Of a stretch of DNA of 64,000 nucleotides, positions 41,140-54,075 are shown one piece after another. The position numbers and the translations under genes are program-made. This stretch comes from Blasia pusilla. Its lineage: Eukaryota. Position 1 is the first letter of the stretch; every line of letters starts with the position of its first letter. A model generated the notes under the pieces. The model searched no databases. It had not been told where the DNA came from and worked only from the letters and a program-made list of their open reading frames with translations. The stretch lies in contig CM114271.1 in assembly GCA_050084515.1 (NCBI GenBank), positions 43,462,001-43,526,000 of the forward strand. Direction: 5' to 3'.

Positions 41140-42085
41140 CTCAAAATCCAGGTCCAACAATTCAGGTCCATGGCCTGACCCAACACATGAAGTCGTGAAG
41201 CCTCAGAAATGGAAGCAACCGCTGTCACACTAGTAGCAAATCCCATCGCACGCTCTCTCTCATCAGCGTTAGGCTCCACCAACTGTCGCACATGAGAATC
41301 CCATACAAGCCCTAGACCACCTTCCCTGTAGGCATGTGACGAGGGAAAACTCACAAATGTGGGTAGTGCCATCCTAGGCTGCCCCACACGGTTCACCACT
41401 GCCATGGGTGACCGATCAATAACCCTCACCACCTGAGAAAGTCGCCCAATTCCAAGTTACTATCCACTGTAAGGCAAGGATCCCGCTGCACTGCATCATA
41501 TGCTCAACGTAGAACCTCCCTAGGCAACAAGTTTGTCCACCACAAGCGTGAACGATGTGCACGCGAGCCAACTCGCACTGAATCCAACAACACCGCTTGT
41601 CCAATCCAAGACCGCACCTCATAAACACTCGTCATCATCCGGGTCCGAGTGTCACCCAACAATGGAACATTCTCCAGAATGTAAGCTGGAGCACGTGCTT
41701 GATGAACGTGAAGATGTCGTAACACACACAACATCTCCCAAAACAATCGAGACCTAGGGTTGTGTAATCTCTCACCACGACCAGCACATGTATGACCCTG
41801 ACATGGCCATCCAGCAATCACCAAATCCACAGGACCAACCCTCTCAAGCTCCTGCCCTCCCAACAATGCAATGTGTGACGACAAAGCACGTTGGTACTCA
41901 CAAATAGCTGATGGCGGCAACAACTCAGGATATCTCCATATCAACTGACCAATATGTGGGGATGAGACTCTCTGGGCCGTCTCATCTTGCTCCACATACA
42001 CGTATCTCTGCACAAGAATACAGGCCTGCAACACTGCAGCCAAACCAATGCTAATCCCACCAAAGAGATCTAACACACAAATGCC
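41140..42085 (-). pseudogene. C5-cytosine DNA methyltransferase domain embedded in the retrotransposon pol
   Basis: Motifs in canonical order: I VLDLFGGI, II VEQD, IV DLVIAGWPCQG (catalytic Cys codon 41801-41803), V RSRLFWE, VI ILENV, VIII AHRSRLWWTNL, IX ERERAMGF, X RLHVLGQAM. One stop (41504-41506) and one frameshift near 41450. Confidence 0.92.
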
Positions 42086-45000
42086 CTCCGGCGGATACTG
42101 CCATACAATGGGTGTAGTATCCAAAGGGGATAACCCAACTAGACGAGAAGTAGGAGTCCGCCGTGGAGCCTCCTCTTCCTCGTGAGGTATAACAGCCTCA
42201 CACCAAGCCTCCTGCTGTAGTGCACCGCCTGAACTCCAAAGTGGCAAATCCAACGATGAGAATACCATTGCTGCAAAACTAGGAACCTCCTCTACCTCCT
42301 CATGCACAGGAGAATCCATAGCAGAAAGGTTACCCTCCAAAAAGTCTCATGGCCAAGTGACTACTCCACTAAAACTAGCCACAGATGCTAACACTGTTGG
42401 GGAAGACTCTCCGGGTCGAGCCCCATAAATAAATCTTACAAGAACGTGGCATATACGTCCATCCCCGGACTACCAACCAGGTCTATAAGAGGATGTCTGA
42501 GTCCAGTAGTCCATCTGAAAACCCATCAGGTATAATACTGCTCCTCCAACTAGTACATCATACAACTCGGCTGATGTGACCACTGCAGGTACTCCCAACT
42601 TGGAGCTATCAGTCACATGATCTGGTCTGAAGTGTATAGAAAACTTCTCCCGTGTTATGAAATGAGACCTATCATTGGCTCCTCCAAGTGATGTCTGAAT
42701 CAAGAATGGGCAAGGCTCAAGCTCTGACCTCCGAACATGCCAATACATGCCGCCTTTCCCAACATCAAAGGTTGGGCACCATCGTCTAACAAGACTCTAT
42801 CTGGTCTATACACCTATCGTGTAGGACCCACCAATAAGAATATCCCATTCCGGTTGTCCATAATACATACACCAGGTGTAAGCCTCTTACGATCAATGGT
42901 TGGCCGGGTTGGTAATGCATCCATCTTCGCCGTTGCTGCCTCCCAAGTAGCACTGGTACTCAATGCTACACCTGACATAGAGGGTTGCTCCACCGCAACA
43001 CCCTCATCCACCTTAGCACGTGTAGTAGTAACACTCCCACATTCACACAACATGGCTGCTAGCTGAAATACAGGAGCTAAGTCAACTCCTAAGGCCATCA
43101 ACTCAGTGGTTGAAAACAATGGGGATCCCAACATTGAAGTTGCCATCCGCAATATTGCACTGGATGCTGCATCTGTGTCTACTACATGTGATGTAAATGC
43201 CTCAGTCCCCACTGTAGGCTCAATAGGCTGCGTCGGAACCATGGATGGAGTCCTAAGCACCTCAGACAACAAGAATGACTAGGGGAGCCTAGCCTGCCTC
43301 CAAGCCTCACCCCTCTGTGGGTCCAACTCCACAATAGAACCACGTGGCTCTCACGCTCGAGTGGCTCCTCTCGTAATTACAGCTGATGCCTCAACCTGTG
43401 TTGTACTCGCCATATAAGAGAGATCATCCCCTCCATAATAGGTGGAAGCCCCTGCTCCCGAACGTGCTCTATGCTGGATACCAACCGTAGTAGCCAACCC
43501 AACTGCTCAATCTTGGCAGCCATAGCTAACTCTGTCGTAGTGGTAGGGGCAGCCATCGTAGGCTCTCCAACCGCTGGTCCACCTCTACCACCCCTACCAC
43601 TTCAACCAACTCGGCCTCTCGGAGCTACTCTACCATGGCCACGGCTTGATCTCAACTTTGGATGAAGATCAAAACAACGCTCTCGAGGATGACCTGGTCT
43701 CCCACAATGATCACACTGAGTTGGGACTGACTAAGGTCCATCCTCCAAAGTCCGTCTCCCATCCTCTTGGGAACAAAACCTCATGACATGATCACCTCCA
43801 CATGTCCAACATGACTGTCCTTGCTGTGGGGCAGCAAATGAAGGCAATGGTCTATGTGCAAGTGTCCTTTTAGCACCTAACTGAGGTCGTGTGTACCCCC
43901 CACGACTCCCACTACTACTACCACCACCACTACTACTACGAGATTTTGAGATGGATTGTTGAACAGGAGAAGTAGAAGCTGTATCCCTAATGAATGTTGA
44001 TGTCACCACCCTCTCCTCCACCATGTTAAGCTCAATCTTCTCAGATAGAGCAAACACATGGGCCAATGTGGGTGAATCATCACTCATAAGAGTAGCATCA
44101 TGTACCCTACGGCGCAACTCTCTTTCCAAGATCCCATACCTTTCTGCCTGAGCCTCAGTCACACCCTAGGTAACTGAAATCAAGCGTCGCATACGAGTGT
44201 ATGCCTCACTAAGACTCTCACCAATCTTTTGCTCAAATTCCTGAAAACTCCTTAACTTCTTTGTCTTCACTCCCTAATAGTTCGTCTTCAACCTCTTGAA
44301 ACACTGTGCAACTGGGCTGAACGATGGTGGGGCACTAGTACTTCCACTAGTACCCCCATTGGTACCTCCATGGGTACCCCCACTGGTACCCCCTCTCCGG
44401 CTCGTACTCGCATAACTCAACGTGGGGCTGGCTGACACAATAAGAGCACTACTACCAATACCACCATGGGTGATAGATACATAGCCTGGAGACCAATATT
44501 ATCTCCACGCCTCAATCTCAGTAACATGGTCCCTCCTAAACTCATGGTAATCATCCATGGGTGGTCCCTCCAAGTGCTAAAACAACCCCTTCCAAGCCAA
44601 GAAGGGGGTAAACAACGTGGCGTTCCGCAACATTTGCATATCACACCATGTATCAAACTCCTGAATAAAGTCCTCCAACTCAATGGTGCCCACTGCACCC
44701 GAGTATTGTTGTGGGCTCTTCATGGCCCCATACATCCTGTCCATGTCCCAAATCAATGGAGCTGCAACACTCGATAACAATGTAAAAGACTTGGTGTTTG
44801 GAACACCCTCGTCCTCCTCTTCATCAACCGTCGGAAGTGAAAAAAGGTAGCCGATACCTCAATCCACTCCGTGTAAAACCACTAGTGTCTGCACCACGGT
44901 CCCCAACCAAACCACTAGACATCTCTGTGATGACCAACGCCGATGCCGCACCACCACCAAATCACCATCACTAAGTAACCAAGTGACGTCCATGTCGTTG

Positions 45001-46541
45001 TACTATTCTAGCTCTACTAGCTATGGGTGTGGGCAACCTAACCTGTCATCGCCACAAGAAGCCTCCCACGGTCTATTGGTCATCACTCCAGTCTCACCGT
45101 GAGAGAAACAAATGTAGTATGACTGGTCATCCCTCCAGCCTACCTACCGGTAGCACACAAGAGTAAAACTACTCTGGAAATCACCGTCAGCCCTAAGAAT
45201 GGGCGCGCAAGCAAGAAGCAACGATGGAGGGGACCCAAATACAGGAAGTCCAACGACAACCCTCCAATCGCAAATGGAAGTATAAAATGGAAATCAAGGT
45301 AACACAATCCACCAAACGTGGCACCCCTTGAATCCACAGAACCAACCACACAATTCTAACGCAATAGTTACTCCGTCGGGGGTTGATGACGTGCTAGTCG
45401 CACTCACTGCATCTGAAAATGTCACCTGCATGGAGAGGCCACACCATACTATGCGCTAGAGGTCCATCAACCAAAACCTGAGATGCATAAAAGCGGCTAA
45501 CGCATCTCCAAATAACACCAAATGAGCTACACCAGTGTGTACACTGGCATAGTTACGTATTGAGCAGTTAAGCGTCTTCCAGGAAGAATAGCCCAAAGAT
45601 GGGTGACCACTTATGCAACACTCAACTCACAAATCTTGCAAAAACTACCTCACGCCCAAGAAAGCAAGCTTGCTTGCTTGCTCCTTGCTCCTTACTCCCC
45701 CTCTCACGACCACAAGTTGCCTCGAAGCCTCAAATCCTCGAAGGCTCAAAACGCCGAGAAATGCTCGAGACATGCCCCTATCGCCTCGTTCGCCATGCTT
45801 TGCTATGGAGAGAGATCCAACCAGGGCGCCCCCAGCAGGATAGGCGTCTCCAAAAATGGATGAGTCACCAACCAACCAGCCCCTCTGATCTGTTGTCCAC
45901 CATAGCCTGTCCTTGAGCTAGTCTGCAAAATTTCGACCAGCAATTACTCCAAAAATCCTCAACCAAAAATGAATCTATTTCAACCAGAATTCAATTGGCC
46001 ACCATAGCTACCTCTCCACAAAAATTCAGCTACAACTGAGCTCTATACTCCGAGCTAGAAATCAGCAAACTTGCAGTCCATACACCTCCAGAATCGCAAA
46101 TCCGACAGCGCTTCCGCCTAGATTCATGCACACAGAAATCTGCAACACTCTTTCACCACAGCAACAATCCACTCCACACACTCAAGCAGATATCTTCACA
46201 TGAGATCAAAATAGAGGTAGCAATAGGAACCTCTCACCCAATCTGGATGAACTTCAACAGAGCTTCCGCACTCCAAGCTCTCCACATCATAAAACTGTCG
46301 AACACGAACCAGAATCTTCAATCTTGATAACTTCCAGCTCCCTTGACAAAATCCCGCGATCTAAAGTGCGTTGGAAAGCTCTCAGCAAGGCGCTTCTTTC
46401 CCAAAAAACCACACACCAGATCCACACCTCCAACATAGGCCATAAGCCACAAACATCCACGGCTGAGTACACAATCAACACTAACCAGATCCTACTGATC
46501 TACGATCAAAGCTACCATCAATCTACTCCAGTTATTTGAGT

Positions 46542-46908
46542 GAAATATGTGAAATACCTACTGTCATAAAACACGAATAGAATCACATACAATCGAGCCA
46601 AACCCACTCCACGATGGGAGAATCCAGGTCGAAGCTTGCGGGAACCACCATAGCCAAGAACTCTACTCACTACCAAGGCTAACTCCCAACGCAACAAGCT
46701 CAACTCAAAGAGCTAAATGTTTTTTGAGTACACTCCACACTATACCCTCCAATCTAATGGCGGGCCCTACTAGAAAAGTCACCCTCAACGGAGTAACCCC
46801 CAACCTTATGTATGAAACTGCATCCCTACCTAGACATTACGGCCTTACATAAGGTATGGCCTCTACTAGCACACTATACTCTACGACATAATCCTTATGG
46901 TCATGACA
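46542..46908 (-). repeat. Terminal repeat A, copy 1 (5' end of element Y)
   Basis: Direct repeat of 37610-37976; the minus strand begins TGTCATGACC. Confidence 0.9.
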
Positions 46909-47150
46909 CACTCTTCCACACAAAAAATCGCCAAAAGAAACATCACAAGTAAGCGGCTCTTGCTCCGGTGAGCACTCCCATGAACGGCTAAACGGGGAAT
47001 ACGATCCCCAACCTGCAAAACCAACGAGTGACTAGTGAGCTCCCCCATGAAGCTCTCTCACTAACTCATTCTCTCTTTGTAAAATAAGATCCAATCTCTC
47101 TCACAACACCATAGTTCTCACATGTGTGCATTCTCACATGTCTCTCTCAA

Positions 47151-47559
47151 TGTCAAACCAAACCCACTCTCCTAATGAGAGGCTTGGGTTACACACACAA
47201 GGCAAGTAAGACCATAGCTCCACCGCCTCATGCCAAGAGGTTCAACAAAGAGAGAATGAGTTCTCAAGCTTTCTCTCCTTGAGGTATACCCCTCTCGTCT
47301 CCCAAACTCTCTCCATGGTAACCTATGCTCCCAAGTCACCTCCTTGGCTCTTGACCTGATGAAGGAGGTCAAGGGCTATTGACCAAAAATAGAAAGTCGA
47401 TAATATACTTAAAATGGTACTTACCGAAAATAGTAAGTTACTCAATATGGCTCCAAATGAGCCGAAACGAAGGTCATCTTTGACCTGCTGAGTCTGTCCT
47501 CCACTACTCACAAAGAAAGTCTACTAGATTCTCACCAATCTATCCTAAAAGACGTGACA
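47151..47559 (-). repeat. LTR-like repeat (family 'c'), TGTCA...TGACA
   Basis: 5-bp terminal inverted repeat; similar to 5060-5402 and 55576-56191; no TSD seen. Confidence 0.65.
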
Positions 47560-47882
47560 ACACAGTTAGGATATATTGGGTTAGATTAGTATTCTGCATT
47601 CAAGAAGCTCATCGTTATCGTGCTTGAGAAAGGAAAGATCAAGGAGAAATGCAACCTAGTTACTCGATGATGCAAAACCGTCCAAGTTCATGGAAGGGGG
47701 GAGGGGGGCGTGGAGTTTTCCATTTTTTGTTAGGAAATATTCAAGAACCATATGCATGCTAGTCCACAAGGAAATATACATACGGTGTGAGAATCCGTTT
47801 ATCATAGTATAAGAATAAAGTTTAGTGTATACTTGCCTTGTCTTCTCTAACCCCATGTTTTTTTTTGCATCTCGGCCGATAG

Positions 47883-48887
47883 TGTCGCGCCCCTAATCTC
47901 CTTGAACGTCAATCTTTAGTGTTGCGGAAGCGTACGTTCAATAGGACACGAACTCATCGCCGATCTGCACCCAAACACGCACTCTCGTTAGTCGGGTCTG
48001 GGCCAACCTGCGTTCCAACCCACCGAGTTCTCAACTCGGCGTCTCATCAAACTCAACCTTCCTTAATTCCTAGTTTCCAAAATATGGCAAGTCCTTCAAG
48101 ACTTGGAACAGACTTCCTAATTAGTCCAGGAATCTGAAACGGCCTTTGCACGCCTAGCGATCCCAACTGTTCAACGGACCTCGTGTGAGTTACAAACCGA
48201 GACCCAAGTAATTGAGTCGCGGGGTGAAATCCAAGAGGGATGTCTAAAATCGCCTCAATAGACTTGGTGCAGGTTTTCCAACCCAACTCCCAAACTCGCG
48301 TTCCGTTCCATGCCCTTGAGCCGCCCCGTGGTGCCCAAAGTGGGGTTTGAGTTCCAAACACTTTTGGAGATCTTCCCCCTTACTAGTACTTCTGGGGTTC
48401 TCCAATAACCCCCTGGCCCCTTGGAAAAGAAGGGTCGGGCCCTTCATTGTGGCCCTCAACCCGACTCTACTTACAGTCATTTCCGGGTTGTTTCTCAGCC
48501 GCTGCTAAAGCGTTTGCAAAGATCTTTAGTGCGTTTGAAGTGGCTTTCCATAAGCTTTCTAACGCACCCTTATTTAATCCAAACACATCTTGGAGCTAAA
48601 AGTTATGGCCATAAATACAGTCGGAAACTCTCAAACGCTAGTGGCGTTCCAAATCCGGATTCTTCCTTTGGCAACCCACTTCCTAGACTCCACTTCTTTC
48701 AAGTCTCATTCCGCGTTTGGTCCAAGTTTCTCGGTCGCGACCACAACATCTGAAACACGACGCCTCGCTCGCGTCTCGTCTCTTGTCTCCTCTTTGAGAC
48801 TACTCCAATGCGCAAACCATCTTAGCGTGAGCCCGCTAATGTTCCGATGTTCCGCTTGGCACTCGTTTGGTCATGAGGGTCGCGACA
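47883..48887 (-). repeat. Chromovirus 3' LTR (1005 bp)
   Basis: TG...CA ends with a 7-bp inverted repeat; PPT AAAGAGGGGTGAG (minus strand) at 48888-48900. Confidence 0.95.
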
Positions 48888-51800
48888 CTCACCCCTCTTT
48901 AGAGGTTGATGCCCTTATCAATGCAAACCTTGTTATGTCAAGTCTCCTAGACAGCCTACCCCTTGACATTGATTTGCGTTCTGGTGGCTAACCCGCAATT
49001 CCTCTTAGTCTATAGTTGTCGCTTTGCCCCACTTAGAATTATTAGCCTCTCCTCTTTGATAATCTTGGACAGGTTCCAAAAAACTAACCTATCAAATAAG
49101 CTAACTAAGTGTGCAACCATAGACTCTTCTGGCTCACTCTTGTAAACATCACACTTGTTTACTAGGTCCACAAATCGTACTACTATTGGGTCGCTCTCGT
49201 ATTCGACTTAGGCGCGTCACTAAGTTTACTTATGTGGCCACAAGTAAGATCACCCCAAGCCCCAAGACAGACATCATCTGCCCCGCCGACGCTAGGGCGA
49301 GCCCGAGTGTAATCCAACACAAGGTCCTGTTCTAGGTGCTTATCCACATACGAGCTCTCGCCTCAAATACTCCTTGTCTGTCCTCTTGACTTACATTCTA
49401 AGCCTATGATGAACGACTCATAGCCATGCACTACCACATACAAATTGCAATCAACTCTGGCATCGAATCTCCAAATCCATACACTCCTTTATTGCAACAC
49501 TAGCTTATTCTAGTTACAACGGCCTTCGGCCCAAGATTCCATTGGTTACAAGTCATGTCTCTAGCTTCTCCTTGTACTAACGCATGTGCTTCGCTTGTGT
49601 TCGCTTGAAGTCTCGCAACAACTCTTGCGCCTGTTCCAAATCTGCCTCCGCAATCCAAGTCGCCTCCTTCACATGGTAGCCCTTCCATTTTACCTTCATA
49701 CTTGTTGGCCTGACGCCTCGAACGTAAGATGGTCTCCACCTCAAACTCCGGCTCTTCATTTATGATCACCGGGTGCGGTCTCACCACCTGTCTCCGCTCG
49801 AAACGTCCATTATCTTGAAGGTATTTCTTCAACAATGACACATGAAAGGTCGGGTGAATCTTGAACTCGTCCGGCAGCCTCAACGTATACACATCCTCAA
49901 ACGGGTTTGCCACAATCACATACGGTCCAAAGATACTTGGCGGGCCGGTTTTCGCAGACAACTCTTTCGGAAGAGTGAGGTTCTTTACACTCAACCACAC
50001 TTGCTCTCCAGCTTGGAATCGTACTTGGCGCCGACTCTTGTTAGCATGCTTAACGTACCTCATTTGAGCCTTTGCAAGACTTCGCCTTGCTCGCTCTTCC
50101 CGTTCTCGCATCTCTACCAACAAACCTTCTGCCGTCGCTTGTCGTGTTCGTGCCAATGTAATACCCTTCGGAAGGGCTAGGTCAAGAGGCCCTTCTGGCT
50201 CTCGTCCATTTGCCAGGAGAAACGGAGATTCTCCAGTTGCAGAATGCTTGGTCGAGTTGTAGCAGTACTCCGCCATGCTCAGCCACTTGACCCAATCTCG
50301 TTGATCAGCACTAACATAATTACTTAAGTACTGATTCACGATAGAGTTCACCTTTTCAGTCTGTCCATCCGTCTGTGGGTGGAAAGCCGTACTGAAACTC
50401 AGCTTGGTCTTAAACCTTCTGAACAAGTGCTTCCAAAAAGCACTGGTAAACTTTGGATCCCGATCTGAAACAATGCTCCTCGGCAAACCGTGAGCACGCC
50501 ACCAACTATCGCGAAACAGTTGCGACGTTGTATAAGCCGTTGCGGAATCCACCATCGGCACGAATCTCGCCAACTTGCTAAACCGATCAACAATCACAAG
50601 TATAGCGTTGTATCCCTCAGATTCCGGAAGACTCGTGATGAAATTCATACTCACACTTTGCAAGGGTCCTTCTGGGATCGGCAAGGGATGCAGCAAGCCC
50701 TGATTCTTATCATAAGAGACTCTATTCGCTTGGCAGGTCACACAGGTCTTCACATACTGAGCAACATCCCCTTTCATGTTGGGCCAAAAGAACCGCTTCG
50801 ACAGAACAGCTAGCGTAGATTTCTCTCCTTTATGTCCTGCCAAGGGTCCGTCGTAACATTCCGCTAACACTTTGGTTTGCATCTTGCCTTGCCCTACATA
50901 GATCCTACTCTGTTTGAACCTTAGTAAACCGTGCCTCAAACTTATGTTGGCCACCTTCTCACCCTGCTTCAACTTCCTCAGGTACTCCCCTGCGTGAGCA
51001 TCCTTCATATATCCTTCACGAATCCTTCTTTCCAGGTCTGTCTCTTTAGGGAACATTGCTCTCAAGACCTGTGTCGTCGATGGCATGTGTTCCTCCTTGC
51101 GACTCAACGCATCTGGAATCACATTATGTTTACCTAGCTTGTGAATCAACTCAACATCCATCAACGCCAAGGTATCATGCCATCGCAGTTGCTTCGGTGT
51201 CACTCGATCCTGGGTCTCAAAATACTTGAGTGATATATTATCGGTGAATACTCAAGTCCTGTGGAGCCCTAAATAATGCCGCCACTTCCTCAATCAATGT
51301 ACCACTGCGAACAACTCTTTCTCATGAGTAGGCCATCTCCTTTCAGTATCGCTAAGCTTCTTGCTCTCGTATACCACCGGTCTCCCTTCTTGCACCAACA
51401 TTCCTGCAACCGCGAAATCACTAGCATCGGTACGCACTTCGAACGGTTTGTCAAACTCCGGCAACTTCAATACAAGTTCATGCGATAGAATCTGCTTCAC
51501 TCGGTTGAATGCCTCATTAACTTCCTGGGTCCAAGTTGTGTTGGCAAACTTTGCTGTCCAATCCGTGAGAAGTCTCACAATTCCCGAAAAGTTTTTCACA
51601 TAAGTGCGATAGAACTGCACCGCACCTATAAACCTCCTCATCTCCTTTACAGTGGATGGGGGTTCCCGCTCGAAAATCGCTTTCACCTTCTCCATGTCTG
51701 GACTGACGCCATCTGCACTGACCACGTGACCCAAGAATTTGATCTTGCTCAAGCCAAATTCGCTCTTCTCTACATTCGCATACAACTGATTTGCCCTTAG

Positions 51801-54075
51801 CTTAGACAAGACCGCTCTCACATGTCGAACGTGCTCCTCTAGTGACTTTGAATAGATAAGTATGTCGTCAATAAAGATGATAACATACTCATCCATTTCC
51901 TTGTGAAAAATAGAGTTCATCAGTGTGGTGAACGTTGGAGGCGCGTTACATAGACCGAAAGGCATCACTACAAACTCAAAGGTCGGCAATTCGAATCTGG
52001 TAATATCCTGACTTCAAGTCGATCCTATTGAAATATCTCGCGCCTGCCAGCCTATCAAAGAGATCATCTATCCTCGGAAGAGAATAATTGTTCCGAACCG
52101 TCACTTTATTCAGCGCATGGTAGTCAACACACAGCCCCATCTTTCCATCCTTCTTCTTTACAAAAAGAACAGGTGCTCCATAAGGTGACTTGCTAGTCCT
52201 AATGTAACCCTTTTCCAAGAGCTCACTTAACTACTTTTTCAACTCAAGAAGTTCCTCCTGATTCAACCTATATGGTGCTTTTGAAGGCGGTTGGGAACCG
52301 GGTATGATCTCTATCTTATGATCAACGGCTCTATGTGGCGGAAATTCAGTCGGAAGCTCGTTTGTCAAGACATCCTCAAACTCCTTGACCACTTCCTGGA
52401 GTGGTTCTAGGATTCCCCTTGAAGCAGTGTCCTGATCTCTGCGTATACTGCTTGTAGCCTCCTCCACTTGTCTCATCAAGCAGAGAAATCCATCCTCCAA
52501 CTTGGTCATGCTCCTCCTTGTAATCGGGTTCACTAACTCCTTTTTCGCCTGAACCTCACGGACCAACCGCACCTGTAACCGTTTGCCTTTTAGCAAGACG
52601 CTCAACCTCAAGGATCTACGTCTTAACTCCACCTCATACGCATCTAGGAATGTATTCCCCAAGACTCCGTCAATGCCATCCATTTCGCACACAGTGAAAT
52701 TCTCCTTCAACTCGAATACCCCTCATCCTACTGTCAAACCCAAGACCAAATCAGAAGTCCAATGAGACTTGCCTCCTGCAAATCCTACTCGAATGGGCTC
52801 ATCCGTCTTAGAGGTAGACAGCCCCAGTTCCTTCACGATTCTCGGGCTTAGGAAGGAGTGCGAAGCACCTGTATCCACGAGCAACAACACATCGCGATCA
52901 GCAATCTTGGATCTTAGGTACACCAAATTGTGCGTCCTCTTGGTGACCTGAAGGGACGTCTCGAGATCGCCCGCCAACAGATGGTTAGCAGCAAACGCAA
53001 TCATACTCCCATTACTAACCTTCGGTTTTGAACACACTTTCGCCAGGTGCCCCGGTTCGCCACAGTTGTAGCATACGACCTTGCCATTCCCTGACTTTGA
53101 GTGCTGTCCTCCTTTCGGCTTCACATGAAGTTCCACTTGTTTTGCTGCCGGGGCAGACGACTCCCCTGGATCGTGCTGGCCCGCACTCCAGACTCTTTTG
53201 AACGCCTCCTTATTTTTCCACTTCTTCGAGAAACTTTTGGCTCGAAGGGTTTCTGGGTTTGGACCTCATCGTCCCCAATCCGCTCCGCTAGCTTCAGAAG
53301 ATCCGCGCAGGTCTCTGGCAACGTCGGCATTTGGTAAAGGGCCTTTTCAGCGCTCGGCTTGAGTCCACTAATGAAGACAACCTTCTTCGCGTTCTCATCC
53401 ATCTTTGGAATAGAAGTCAGTTTCGCACTAAACTCCCTCACATACGTGCTTAAGGAACCACTCTGCCGCATCTGCACGCATTCCACCGTGTCGCGCAACC
53501 CTTGGTACTCCGGAGTGAATCGATCCCCAATCAAAACCTTGAACTCCTCCCAACTCAAAGGTGACTCGCCGCCCAGATATTCCTCTCGTTGAGTTGTCCA
53601 CCATTGTAGCGCATGATCCTTCAAGAAAGTAACGGCTACCGTTACCTTGTCCTACTTAGCTGCCCTCTACGCCTCGAAGTACAGTTCCAGTTCCGTAAGG
53701 AAATCCTTCACTTTCCGCGAGTGCCCCACCCCAGTGAATGGCGTGGGCAGGTTCGTCTTGAAGAGCTTTCTGCCCGCACCCGGAGTTCAAGTGGCCTCTA
53801 ACTCTGCAATCCGCTTGCTTTGCTGGGACATCTGCTCCACCAACAGCTTCAACAAGTCCAACGTCTGGCTTGACTCGATCCGTTCCCCTGAGTTTGGGCC
53901 TGATGGCCCCGCTGAAGGATTCACCTCTAGGACGTCCTCACGACTGGCGCTCAGCTCTTCGGAAGTCTTCGTCTCCTCCATAGCTTCACGGTCCGGCATT
54001 GGTTCCTCTCTTGGTTCACGTCGCTTGATTCGGCGCTTCTTGGGTGGTTCTCCCTCGACCGCCATCTCCTCCTGG

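Larger units (their letters stand above)
37504..46908 (-). mobile_element. Ty3/gypsy-type retrotransposon 'Y' (9.4 kb): gag-PR-DNMT-RT-RH-INT-PHD, degenerate
   Basis: Starts TG and ends CA, flanked by CACT (37500-37503 and 46909-46912). gag 43680-44780 with knuckles CWTCGGDHVMRFC and CDHCGRPGHPRERC; protease VLLDDGAQPLML near 42760-42800; RT 39593-40910; integrase 38492-39533; PPT-like TAGGGGGGCGAG at 38084-38095. Confidence 0.88.

Noticed and set aside
40917-42340. The methyltransferase as a host DNMT3/DRM gene or bacterial contamination
   Set aside because: It has no evident introns or regulatory domains, is collinear and co-decayed with the flanking pol domains, and is embedded in clearly eukaryotic sequence.
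38100-46540. Element Y as a DIRS/Ngaro tyrosine-recombinase retroelement because of its split repeats
   Set aside because: No tyrosine recombinase motifs were seen; it has an aspartic protease, an HHCC/DDE integrase and a PPT.
48053-48991. Duplicated ORFs also seen at 54106-54947
   Set aside because: They are chance reading frames within the two LTRs.
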